Assembly: GCF_004010195.1 (NCBI RefSeq)
Contig: NC_057710.1
Span: 49,545,753-49,609,752, forward strand
Length of the DNA stretch: 64,000 bases
From: Chiloscyllium plagiosum
Taxonomy: Eukaryota
Reading direction: 5' to 3'
Below are positions 52,081 to 64,000 of the stretch, piece after piece (position 1 is the stretch's first letter; each line of letters begins with the position of its first letter). The position numbers and the translations under genes were made by a program. Under the pieces are notes generated by a model that was not told the DNA's origin, did not search any database, and saw only the letters and a list, made by a program, of their open reading frames with translations.

Positions 52081-54393
52081 AGGAGGGAGTAATGAAACAC
52101 CAAGAGCAGTGAAACACCAGGGAACAGTGAATAATGCAACACCAGGGAACAGTGAATAATGCAACACCAGGGAACAGTGAATAATGCAATACCAGGGAAT
52201 AGTGAATAATGCAATACCAGGGAACAGTGCAACACCAGCAAACAGCGAAACTCTAGGGAACAATGAAACACTGGGAATAGTGAAACACCAGGGAATAATG
52301 AATCACCAGGGAAAAATGAATCACCAGGGAACAGTGAAATACCAGTGAATCGTGAAATACCAGTGAACAGTGAGAAAACAGTGAACAGTGAAAAATCAGG
52401 TAAAAATGAAACACCAGGGAGTAATGAAACATGAGGGAACATTGAAGCACTGGGAATAGTGAAATTCCAGAGAATAATGAAACACCATGTAACAGTGAAA
52501 CCACCGGGAATAATGAAACACCAGATAATAATTAAACACCAGTGAACAGTGAAAGAATAGGGATTAAAGAAACATCAGGAAACAGTGAAACACCAGGGAA
52601 TAATGATACACCAGGGAATGGTGGAACACCAGGGAAAAAAGAAACACCAGGGAATAATGAAACATCAGGGAAAAGTGAAACACCAGGGAATAACGAAACG
52701 CCAGGGGACAGTGAAACAGTAGGGTATAATAAAATAAAACAGGGAAGAGTGAAAAAACAGGGAATAATGAAACACCAGGGAGCAGTGAATCACCAGCGAA
52801 CAGTAAAACACAAGCCTGAATCACCAAGGAATAGTGAAAACCAGGGAATAATGAAAAAACAGGGAACAGTGAAACACCAGGGAATAAGGAAACACCAGGG
52901 AACAGTGAAACACTGGGGAATAATAAAACACCAGGGAATAATGTAGCACCAGGGAATAAAGTAACTCCAGGGAACAGTAAACCATCAGGGAATAATGAAA
53001 CACCGGGGAACAGTGAAGTATCTGGGAATAATAGAACACCAGGGAACGGAGAAACACTAGGGAATATGAAACAACAGGAAAAAGTGAAACACCAGGGAAC
53101 AGTGAAACACTGGGGAATAATGAAACACCAGGCAACAATGAAACACCAGGGAACAATGAAACACAAGGGAATAAAGAAACCCCAGGAAATAATGAAATAT
53201 CAGAGAATAGTGGTTCACCAGGAAACAGAGAAACAGCAGAGCATAATGAAATGCTAGGCAACAGTGAAACACAAGGGAAGAGTGAAACACCTGGGAACAC
53301 TGAAACACCAGGGAATAATGAAACACCAGGCAACAGTGAAACACCAGGGAACAGCGAAAAACCAAGGAACATTGAAACACCAGGGAATATTGAAACACCA
53401 GGGAATGGTGAAACACCGGGAAACAGTGAAACACCAGGGAATAATGTAACACCAGTGAACAGTGAACCATCAAGGAATAATGAAACACCAGCCAACAGTG
53501 AAACACTAGGGAATAGTGGAACACCACGGGACAGTGAAATACCAAGGAACAGTGAATCACCAGGAAACTGTGAAACACCAGCGAATAATGAAACACCTGG
53601 GAACAGTGATTCACCAGGGAACAGAGAATCAGCAGAGGATAATTAAACACCAGGGAACAGTGAAACACAAGGGAAGAGTGAAACCCTCGGGAATACTGAA
53701 ACGCCATGGAATAATGAAACACCAGGGAAAAGTGAAACACTAGGGAAAAGTGAAACACCAGGGAACAGTGGAACGTCAGGGAACTGTAAATCACCAGGGA
53801 ACATCTGGGTAATCCAAGATGGAGGATGGGAAAAATTTCTGGCTGTAAGAGCTGCTCCTTTTTTGAGGTATTTTAGGTGATGGAGGTGATTCCCTCGAAT
53901 TCCAGAAGCAGCAATGACTGTTTTATATGCTGTTGCATTGTTTTGGAACTTTGGAAAAAAAAAGTCAAAACAACAGCAGTTTTAATAGGGCGAAGAGCAG
54001 ACAAAGGAAGCACATGGTGAGGACAGTGCAGGAGAGAGAGAGAGCCTGCATAGCTACTGCCTTTGCTGTTTTTGAATTCATGTGTCGCTGGAGATCGGAG
54101 TGCATCTGGGAAAATTAACAAACAGTGAAATTCACAACTAATCTTGGAGGAACCGGTTTGGGTGAAATTCATGACACACAATCAGATAAATTAATTGTTG
54201 TTTAAAGTCTGTCCAAGAGAAAGGCTGTATTAGTGAGTACAGTGGGTTCTGTCTTGATTATATGTTTTTGGAGATAAGTCTCTTGATTAAACTTAAAATA
54301 TAAGCCATAGCTATTAATTTAACCTGGTGCAGTGTTTTGTAGAGGAATAAGACGGTGTTATTTTCTGGGTCTGTAGATTGTGAAGGAGTAAAA

Positions 54394-55267
54394 ATAGCCT
54401 TTGCGGTGATAGGTACTTCTTGTCAGATGTGGTAGTTTAAGGGTTACTGCGGATTATATCTGCTATAAATGCTGTTGGATGCAAATCTTATCCGATCGAG
54501 TGGATCGGTTGGAGAGACAGATAGAAGCGATGAGGAATTTGCATCAGCAACAGTATGTGATGGATGGCAGTTGGGTCGGCACATAGATGGGTCGGCACCT
54601 AGGGCAGGAGTCTTTTGTGGATATACCCATTTCAAACAGGTATGCTGTTTTAGAAAATGTAGGGGGTGATGGATTCTCAGGGGAACGTAGCACGAACAGC
54701 CAAGTTTCTGGTATTGAGACTGGCTCTAATGCAACAAGGGGTACGTCAGCTTCCAAGAGATCAATTGTGTTAGGGGATTCTGTAGTCCGAGGTACAGACA
54801 GACGTTTCTGTGGCCAGCAGAGAAAAAACAGAATGGTGTGTTGTTTCCCTGGTGCCTGGATCAAGGATGTCACAGAGAGTGTGCAGAATGTTCTCACAGG
54901 GGAGAGGGGCCAGCAAGAGGTCATTGTCCACATTAGAACCAATGACACAGGAAGGGAAAAGGTTGAGACCCTGAAGGGAGATTACAGAGAGTTAGGCAGA
55001 AATTTAAAAAGGAGGTCCTCAAGGGTAGTAATATCTGGATTACTCCCAGTGCTACGAGCTAGTGAGGGCAGGAATAGGAGGATAGAGCAGATGAATGCAT
55101 GGCTGAGGAGCTGGTGTATGGGAGAAGGATTCATATTTTTGCATCTTTGGAATCTCTTTTGGGGTAGAAGTGACCTGTACAAGAAGGACGGATTACGCCT
55201 AAATTGGAAGGGGACTAACATACTCGCAGGGAAATTTGCTAGAACTGCTTGGGAGGATTTAAACTAG
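54394..55267 (+). pseudogene. CR1 ORF1: degenerate N-terminal zinc-finger-like region plus SGNH/GDSL esterase domain
   Basis: ISNRYAVL, IVLGDSVVRG, CFPGA, VHIRTND (GTND-like) and DGLRLN (DGLH-like). The start region is mutated. Confidence 0.85.
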
Positions 55268-55271
55268 TAAG

Positions 55272-58235
55272 GTGGGGGGCGGGGGTGGGACCCAGGGAGA
55301 TAGTGAGGAAAGAGATCAATCTGAGATAAGGGATAGCATTACAGCTGTGCTGAGGGAAGATATTCCCAGAAATACATTCAGGGAAGTTATTTGTGTGGAA
55401 CTGAGAAATAAGAAAGGGATGATCACCTTATTGGGATTGTATTGTAGACCCCCCAATAGTCAGAGGGAAATTGAGAAACAAACTTGTAAGGAGATCTCAG
55501 CTATCTGTAAGAATAATAGGGTAGTTATGGTCGGGGATTTTAACTTTCCAAACATCGACTGGGACTGCCATAGTGTTAAAGGTTTAGATGGAGAGGAATT
55601 TCTTAAGTGCATACAAGACAATTTTCTGATTCAGTATGTGGATGTATCTACTAGAGAAGATGCAAAACTTAACCTACTCTTGGGAAATAAGGCAGGGCAG
55701 GTGATTGAGGTGTCAGTGGGTGAGCACTTTGGGGCTAGCGACCATAATTCTATTTGTTTTAAAATTGTGATGGAAAGATTAGACCAGATCTAAAAGTTGA
55801 AGTTCTAAATTGGAGAAAGGCCAATTTTGACGGTATTAGGCAAGAACTTTTGAAAGCTGATTGGAGGGAGATGTTCGCAGGTAAAGGGACGGCTGGAAAA
55901 TGGGAAGCCTTCAGAAATGAGATAACGAGAATCCAGAGAAAGTATATTCCTGTCAGGGTGAATGGGAAGGCTGGTAGGTATAGGAATGCTGGATGACTAA
56001 AGAAATTGAGGGTTTGGTTAAGAAAAAGAAGGAAGCGTATGTCAGGTATAGACAGGATAGATCGAGTCAATCCTTAGAAGAGTGTAAAAGAAGTAGGAGT
56101 ATACTTAAGAGGGAAATCAGGAGGGCAAAACGGGGACATGAGATAGCGTTGGCAAATAGAATTAAGGAGAATCCAAAGGGTTTTTACAAATACATTAAGG
56201 ACAAAAGGGTAATTAGGGAGAGAATAGGGCCCCTCAAAGATCAGCAAGGTGGCCTTTGTGTGGAGCCACAGAAAATGGGGAAGATACTAAATAAATCTTT
56301 TGCATCGGTATTTAATGTGGAAAAGAACATGGGAGATATAGACTGTAGGGAAATAGATGGTGACATCTTGCAAAATGTCCAGATTACAGACGAGGAAGTG
56401 CTGGATGGCTTGAAACAGTTAAAGGTGGATAAATCCCCAGGACCTGATCAGGTGTACCCGAGAACTCTGCGACGAAGCTAGAGAAGTGATTGTTGGGCCT
56501 CTTGCTGAGATATTTGTATCATCGATAGTCACAGGTGAGGTGCCGGACGACTGGCGGTTGGCAAACATGGTGCCACTGTTTAAGAAGGGCAGTAAAGACA
56601 AGCCAGGGAACTATAGAACAGTGAGCCTGACCTCAGTGGTGGGCAAGGTTTTAGATTACTTACAGTGTGGAAATAGGCCCTTCGGCCCAACAAGTCCACA
56701 CCTACTCTCCAGAGAGCAACCCACCCAGATCCATTCCCCTACATTTACCCCTTCACCTAACACTACGGGCAATTTAGCATGGCCAATTCACCTAACCTGC
56801 ACATTTTTTGGACTGGAGGAGGAAACCAGAAAACCCGGAGGGAACCCACGCAGACACGGGGAGAATGTGCAAACTCCACACAGACAGTTGCCTGAGGCGG
56901 GAATTGAACCCGGGTCTCTGGCGCTGTGAGGCAGCAGTGCTAACCACTGTGCCACCGTGCCGCCCACAATCTTGGTGGAGGGAATCCTGAGGGACAGCAT
57001 GTACATGTATTTGGAAAGGCAAGGACTGATTAGGGATAATCAACATGGTTTTGTGCATGGGAAATCATGTCTCACAAACTTGATTGAGTTTTTTGAAGAA
57101 GTAACAAAGACGATTGATGAGGGCAGAGCAGTAGATGTGATCTATATGGATTTCAGTAAGGCGTTCGACAAGGTTCCCGATGGAAGACTGATTAGCAAAG
57201 TTCGATCTCTTGGAATACAGGGAGAACTAGCATTTGGATACAGAACTGGCACAAAGGTAGAGGGTTGTTTTTCAGACTGGAGGCCTGTGACCAGTGGAGT
57301 GCCACAAGGATCGGTGATGGGTCCTCTACTTTTTGTCATTTACATAAATGATTTGGATGCGAGCATAAGAGGTACACTTCGTAAGTTTGCAGATGACACC
57401 AAAACTAGAGGTGTAGTGAACAGCAAAGACGGTTACCTCAGATTATAACAGGATGTTGACCAGATGGGCCAATGGGCTGAGAAGTGGCAGATGGAGTTTA
57501 ATTCAGGTAAATGCGTTTCGGGAAAGCAAATCTTAGCAGGACTTATACACTTAATGGTAAGGTCGTAGGGAGTGTTGCTGAACAAAGAGACCTTGGAGTG
57601 CAGGTTCATAGCTCCTTGAAAGTGGAGTCGCAGATAGATAGGATAGTGAAGAGGCATTTGATATGCTTTCCTTTATTGGTCAGAGTATGGAGTACAGGAG
57701 TTGGGAGGTCATGTTGCGGCTGTACAGGACATTGGTTATGCCACTGTGAGAATATTGCGTGCAATTCTGGTCTCCTTCCTATTGGAAAGATGTTGTGAAA
57801 CTTGAAAGGGTTCAGAAAAGATTTACAAGGATTTACAAGGATGTTGCCAGGGTTAGAGGATTTGAGCTGTAGGGAGAGGCTGAACAGGCTAGGGCTGTTT
57901 TCCCTGGAGCGTTGGAGACTGAGGGGTGACCTTATAGAGGTTTACAAAATTATGAGGGGCATGGATAGGATAAATAGACAAAGTATTTTCGCTCAGGTTG
58001 GGGAGTCCAGAAGTAGAGGGCATAGGTTTAGGGTGAGAGAGGAAAGATATAAAAGAGACCTAAGGGGCAACTTTTTCACGCAGAGGGTGGTACGTGTATG
58101 GAATGAGCTGCCAGAGGAAGTGGTGGAGGCTGGTACAATTGCAACATTTAGGAGGCATTTGGATGGGAATAGGAATAGGAAAGGTTTGGAGGGATATGGG
58201 CTGGGTGCTGGAGGTGGGATTAGATTGAGTTGGGA
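55272..58235 (+). pseudogene. CR1 ORF2 (APE endonuclease and reverse transcriptase), frameshifted, N-terminally deleted and SINE-interrupted
   Basis: YCRPP, VGDFN, SDHN, KSPGPD, PGNYR, QHGF, DFSKAFDKV, GVPQGSVMGP, KFADDTK, RLRGDLIEVYKI. Confidence 0.92.
56651..56965 (-). mobile_element. HE1-type V-SINE inserted into the CR1 RT
   Basis: Interrupts LTSVVGK|..EGILRD; full reverse head, V-domain and tail. Confidence 0.92.
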
Positions 58236-60671
58236 TATCTGTTCGGCATGGACAGGTTAGACTGAAGGGTCTGTTTCCATGCTGTACATCTCTATGACTC
58301 TATAACTGTGAAACACCAGAGAACAATGAATCACCAGGGAATAATGAACCTCCAGGGAATAATGAAACACCTGGGAATATTGAATCTCCACGAAACAACA
58401 GGGAACAATGAAACACCAGGGAACAGTGAAACACAAAGGAATAAATCCACACCAGTGAACGGTAAACTACCAGGGGCTAATGAAGCAGCAGGGAATAATT
58501 AAACAACAGGGAATAATGAAACACCAGTGAACAGTGAACCATCAGGGAATAATGAAACACCAGGGAACAGTTAAACACCAGGGCATAATGAACCTCCAGG
58601 GAATAATGAAATACCAGGGAATATTTAAGCACCAGAAAACAGTGAGACAACAGGAAACAATGAAACACCAGGGAAGAGTCAAACACGAGGGAATAATTAC
58701 ACAATAGTGAACAGTTAAACACCAGGGAATAATGAAACTCAAGGGAACAGTGAAACACCAGGGAACAATGAATCTCCAGGGAATAATGAAACACCAGGGA
58801 ATTTTGTAACACCAGAGAATAATGAAACACCTGGGAACAGTGAAACACCAGGGAGTAATGAAACACCAGGGAGTAATGAAACACCGGGGAATAATGAAAC
58901 ACCAGGGAACTGTGAAACACCGGGGAATAATGAAAGACCAGCAAACAGTGAATCACCAGGGACAGTGAAACAACATGGAACTGTGAAACACCAGGAGTCA
59001 GGAAACACAAGGGAATAATGAAACACCAGGGAAAAGTTAAATATCAGGGAATAATGAACACTGGGAAACAGTGAAACACCAGGGAACCGTGAAATACGAG
59101 CGAACAGTGAATCACCAGGGAATAATGAAACACCAGGGAATAAAGAAACACCAGAGAACAGTGAAACACCAGAGAACAGTGAAACACCAGGGTATAATGA
59201 AACACCAGTGGGAACAGTGAAATACGAGGGAATAATTACACGGCAGTGAACAGTGAAACACCAGGGAATAATGAAACACCAGGGAACAGTGAAACACCAG
59301 GGAACAGTGAAACAACGCCAACGAACAATTAAATACCAGGGAATAATAAGCCAGCAGGAAATAAGAAACACCAGGGAATTGTGAAACACCAGGACATAAT
59401 GAACACCAGGGAATAGTTTAGCAGCATGGAATAAGGAATAGTGAAATCCTAGGGAACATTGAAACAGGGAAGAATGAAACACCAGGGAACAGTGAAAAAC
59501 CAGGAAATAATGAAACACAAGATAACATAATACACCTGGGAATAAAATTTTAAAAACAGGGAATACTGAAACACCAGGGAACAGTGAATCACCAGGGAAC
59601 AGGAAAGATCATGGAACAATGAATGACCAGGGAATAATGAATCTGCAGGGAATAATGGAACACCAGGAAACAGTGAAACACTCGGGAATAATGAAACACC
59701 AGGGAACAGTGAAACACCAGGGAATAATGAAACACAAGGAAAGATTAAAACACCAGGGAATACTAAAACACCAGGGAATAATGAAACACCAGGGAACAGT
59801 GAAACACCAGGGAATAATGAAACACAAGGAAAGATTGAAACACCAGGGAATACTAAAATACCAGGGAATAATGAAACATAAGGAAAGATTGAAACACCAG
59901 GGAATACTGAAACACCAGGGGACAGTGAATCACCAGGGAACAGGAAAGATCAGGGAACAGTGAATCACCAGAGATCTGTGAAACACCAGGGGACAGTGAA
60001 AACCAGGGAATAATGAAACACCAGGGAACAGTGAAACACCAGAGAATAATGGAACAGCAAGGAATAATGAAATACCAGGGAATAATAAAAAAACAGAGAA
60101 GAGTGAAACACCAGGGAATATTGATACACCAGTGAATACTGAAACACCAGGGAATAATGAAACACGACGGGACGGTGAAACACCAGGGAGTAATGAATCA
60201 CCAGGAAACAGAGACACACCAGGGAAAAGTAAAACATCATGGAAAAATAAAAAAAACAGGCAACAGTGAATACCAGGGAACAATGAAAAACCAAGGAAGA
60301 ATGAAACATCAGGAACAGTAAAACACTAGGGAACCATGAAACACCAGGGGAAAATGAAAATCAGTGAACAATGAAACACCAGGGAGCAATCAAACACCAG
60401 GGAACAGCAAAACAAGAGGAAATAATGAAACACAGGGGAATGAAACAGGGGAATAATGAAATAGCAGGGAACAGTGAAAAACCAGCCAATAATAAAACAC
60501 CAGGGAACAGTGAAACGCCAGAGAATAATGAAACACCAGGGAACGGTAAAACACCAGGGAATAATTTCAGTTTCAGTGAACAGCGAAACAACAGGAAAAA
60601 ATGAATCCAAAGGGAATATTGAAACATCAGGGAATAATGAAACACCAAGGAACAATGAAACACCAGGGAAC

Positions 60672-60913
60672 AGCTTTAAATTAAGGGGGGGTAGATATAG
60701 GACTGAAGTTAGGGGTAGGTTCTTCACTCAGCGAGTCGTAAGTTCATGGAATGCCCTGCCAGTAGCAGTGGTGGACTCTCCCTCTTTATGGGCATTTAAG
60801 CGGGCATTGGATAGGTATATGGAGGATAGTGGGTTAGTATAGGTTAGGTGGGCTTGGATCGGCGCAACATCGAGGGCCAAAGGGCCTGTACTGCGCTGTA
60901 TTCTTCTATGTTC
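60672..60913 (+). mobile_element. Short, CpG-retaining CR1 3' fragment inside the array
   Basis: FKLRGGRYRTEVRGRFFTQRVVSSWNALP...FKRALDRYM; tail GGGCCTGTACTGCGCTGTATTCTTCTATGTTC. Confidence 0.9.
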
Positions 60914-63900
60914 AAACGACAGTGAAACACCGGGGAATAATGAAACACAAGGTAACAGTGAAACAGCAGGGAATAATGAAACGCTAGAGGACAGTGAAAC
61001 ACCCAGGGACCAATGAAACACCAGGAAACAGTGAAAGATCATGGAAAAAAAAAGTCAGGGAATAATGAAACACCAGGCAACAGTGAAACACCAGGGAAGA
61101 GTGAAACACCAGAGAGAAATGAAACATAAGGGAACAGTGAATAATCAGAGAATAATGAAACACCAGGGAAGAGTGTAACACCAGGGAAAGGTGAAACATC
61201 ACGGAAAACTGAAACACCAGAGAATATAAATATCAGGGAGAAATAAAAAAAACAGGGAAGAGTGAAACACCCCAGAACTGTGAAACTTGAGGGAATATTG
61301 AAACACCAGGAAATAATAAAACACCAGTGAAGAGTGAAAAAACAGGGAATAATGAAATGCCAGGGAAGAGTGAAACACCAGGGAATAATTAAACACCAGG
61401 GAAAAATGAAACACCAGCAAATAGTGAAACACTGGGGAAATAATGAAACACCAGGGAATAATAACACACCGGGGAACAGTGAAAAAACAGGGAATAATGA
61501 ATCACCAGGGAAAAATGAAACAACAGGGAATAATGAAACACCAGGAAACACAGAAACATCAGAGAACAGTGAAACTCCAGGGAATAATGAAATAGCAGGG
61601 AACTGTGAAACACCAGGCAATAATGAAACACCAGGGAATAATGAAACATAAGGGAACGATGAAATACCAGGGAATAAGAAACACCAGGGAGCAGAGAAAC
61701 AACGGGGAATAATGAATCCCCAGGGAATAATGAAACATCAGGGAATAGTGAAACACCAGGAAACAGTAAAACACCGAGGATTGATGAAACGCCAGAGGAT
61801 AGAGAAACAGTGGGGAATACTGAAACATAAGGGAACAGTGAAAAAGCAAGGAATAACGAAACACAAAGTAACTGTGAAACACCAGGGAACAGTGAAACAT
61901 CAGGGAATGATGAAACACCAGGGAACAGTGAAACACCAGAGAATACTGAAACACAAGGGAAGAATGAAACACCAGGGAAAAATTAAACACCAGGGAATAA
62001 TGAAAAACCAGGGAACAGTGAAACACCATGGAATACTGAAAAGCCAGGGAATAATGAAACACCAGGGAACAATGAATCACTAGGGAAGAGTGAAACAAAA
62101 GGAAATACTGAAGCAGCAGGGAAAAATCAAACACCAGGGAACAGTGAAACAACAGTGAAAAGTGAAACACCAGGAAAAATTAAACACCAAGGAAAAATTG
62201 AAACATCAGCAAACAGTGAAACACCAGGGAAGAGTGAAGCACCAGGGGACAGTTAAGGACCAGGGAATAATGAAACATCAGGGAAAAGTAAAACACCAGG
62301 GAATAATGAAACACCAGGGAATGGTGAAACACCAGGGAATGGTGAAACACCAGTGAATAATGAAACAGCACAGAACAGTTAATCAACAGGGAATAATGTA
62401 ACACCAGGGAACAGTGAAGCACCAGGGGAAAGTTAATGACCACAGAACAATGAAACATCAGGGAAAAAGTGAAACACCAGGGAATATTGAAACACAAGGG
62501 AACAGCGAAACAACAGGGAACAGTGAAACACCAGGGAATAATGAAATGGCGGGGAACAATGAAACACCAGACAATAATGAAACACCAGGGAACAATAAAA
62601 CACCAGGGAATAAACAAACACCAGAGAACGGCAAAACAACAGGGAATAATGAAACATCAGGCAACAGTGAAGCACCAGGGGACAGTTAAGGACCAAGGAG
62701 CAATGAAACATCAGGGAAAAGTGAAACACCAGGTATAATGAAACACAAGGGAACAGCGAAACAACAGGAAACAGTGAAACACCAGGGAATATTGAAACAC
62801 CAGGAACAGCGAAACAACAGGAAACAGTGAAACACCAGGAAATATTGAAACACCAGGAACAGCGAAACAACAGGAAACAGTGAAACACCAGGGAATATTG
62901 AAACACCAGGGATCAGTGCACACAGGAGAATAATGAAATGGCGGGGAACAATGAAACACCAGGCAATAATGAAACACCAGGGAACAGTGAAACACCACGG
63001 AAAAATGAAATACTGGGGAACACTGATTCACTGGGGAACAAGGAAACACCAGTCAACAGTGAAACACCAGGGAATAACGAAACACCAGAGAATAATTAAA
63101 CACCACAGAATAATGAAACACCAGGGAAGAACACTTCAGGGAACAATGAAATACCAGAGAATACTGAAACACAAGGGAAGAGTGAAATACTAGGGAACAA
63201 TAAAACACCAGGGAACAGTGTAACACCAGGGAACAATGAAACTCTAGGGAACAATGAAACACCAGGGAACAATGAAACACTGGACAATAAAGAAACTTAA
63301 GGGAATGATGAAACACCAGGGAATAAGAAACACCAGGGAACAGAGAAACAACAGGGAATAATGAAATACCGGGAAACACTGATTCACTGGGGAACAAGAA
63401 AACACCAGTGAACAGTGAAACACCAGGGAATAATGAAAAACCAGGGAACACTGAAATACCAGGGAATAATGAAACGCCAGATGACAGTGAAACACTGGGG
63501 AATACTGAAACGCAAGGTAAGAGTGAAACACCAGGGAATAATGAAACACTAGAGGACAGTGAAACACTGGGGAATAATGAAACACCGGGGAACAGTGAAA
63601 CACCAGGGAACAGTGAAACACCACGGAAAACTGAAATGGCAGGAAATAAAAATATCAGGGAATAATGAAAAACCAGGGAATAGTGAAACACCAGGGAACT
63701 GTGAAACACCTGGGAAATACGAAACCCCAAGGAAGAGTGAAATACCAGGGAATTCTGAAACACCAGGAAACAATGAAACACCAGGGAACAATGAAATACC
63801 TGGGAACAGTGAAACACAAGAGAACAGTGTATCACGAGGGAAAAATGAAACACCCGGAAACAGTGAAACACCAGGGAACAGTAAAAATACAGGGAACAAT

Positions 63901-64000
63901 GAGATACCAGGGAATAATGAAAAACCAGGGAACAGTGAAACACCAGGCATTAATGAAACACTAGGGAATAATATAATACCAGGGAACAGTGAATCATCAG

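Larger units (their letters stand above)
53804..58303 (+). mobile_element. Near-full-length decayed CR1 (HER1-like) LINE inserted in the array
   Basis: About 590 bp of putative 5' UTR, esterase ORF1, APE-RT ORF2 and CTCTATGACTCTAT tail, with array units on both sides. Confidence 0.93.
40660..64000. repeat. Large degenerate 18-bp tandem array, consensus TGAAACACCAGGGAA(CAG/TAA), running off the window end
   Basis: Directly visible 18-bp periodicity with roughly a thousand units. Two interspersed major variants, an A/G-rich top strand, and TE interruptions. Confidence 0.97.

Noticed and set aside
53782-58325. Target-site duplication of the long CR1 (AACTGT.AA.CACCAG.GAACA on both sides)
   Set aside because: There are three mismatches and both flanks are satellite units, so it cannot be distinguished from the background repeat.
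40587-63964. Dozens of long ORFs encoding (KHQGTV/KHQGIM)n, (ETPGNS/N)n, (FPGVSL)n and (VFHCSL)n
   Set aside because: The 18-bp unit is stop-free in 5 of 6 frames. The ORFs switch frames at frequent non-3n indels and are interrupted by TEs, so there is no sign of coding constraint.
40660-64000. CRISPR-like array
   Set aside because: The units are contiguous with no unique spacers, there are no cas genes, and the context is vertebrate.
40660-64000. Recombination-signal or immunoglobulin switch-like array (AACAGTG resembles the RSS heptamer)
   Set aside because: The plus strand lacks the essential CAC, there is no correctly spaced nonamer, there are no V/D/J segments, and AGCT motifs are not enriched.

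Overview
This is a non-bacterial, repeat-dominated vertebrate window. The repeat families point to a cartilaginous fish, probably a shark (inferred from HE1-type V-SINEs and HER1/CR1-type LINEs). I can support no intact host gene. Bases 1-40.6 kb are AT-rich unique DNA with nested, decayed transposons: many CR1 fragments, Rex1/Babar, Tx1/L1, Gypsy gag, a Tigger-like MITE and SINEs. This part also holds several Penelope-like (PLE) terminal-repeat fragments carrying minimal type I hammerhead ribozyme motifs, two of them with intact cores (17532-17566 and 35103-35138). From about 40.66 kb to the window end lies a >23 kb degenerate 18-bp tandem array, TGAAACACCAGGGAA(CAG/TAA). It has internal block duplications and is interrupted by a near-full-length decayed CR1, a short young CR1 and HE1 SINEs. 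The many ORFs over the array arise because the unit is stop-free in 5 of 6 frames. The most notable signals are the hammerhead set, a 118-bp PLE insertion whose homology ends at the predicted ribozyme cut site, and the array's internal history. Boundaries of old elements are approximate, and family names come from motif recognition, not database searches.
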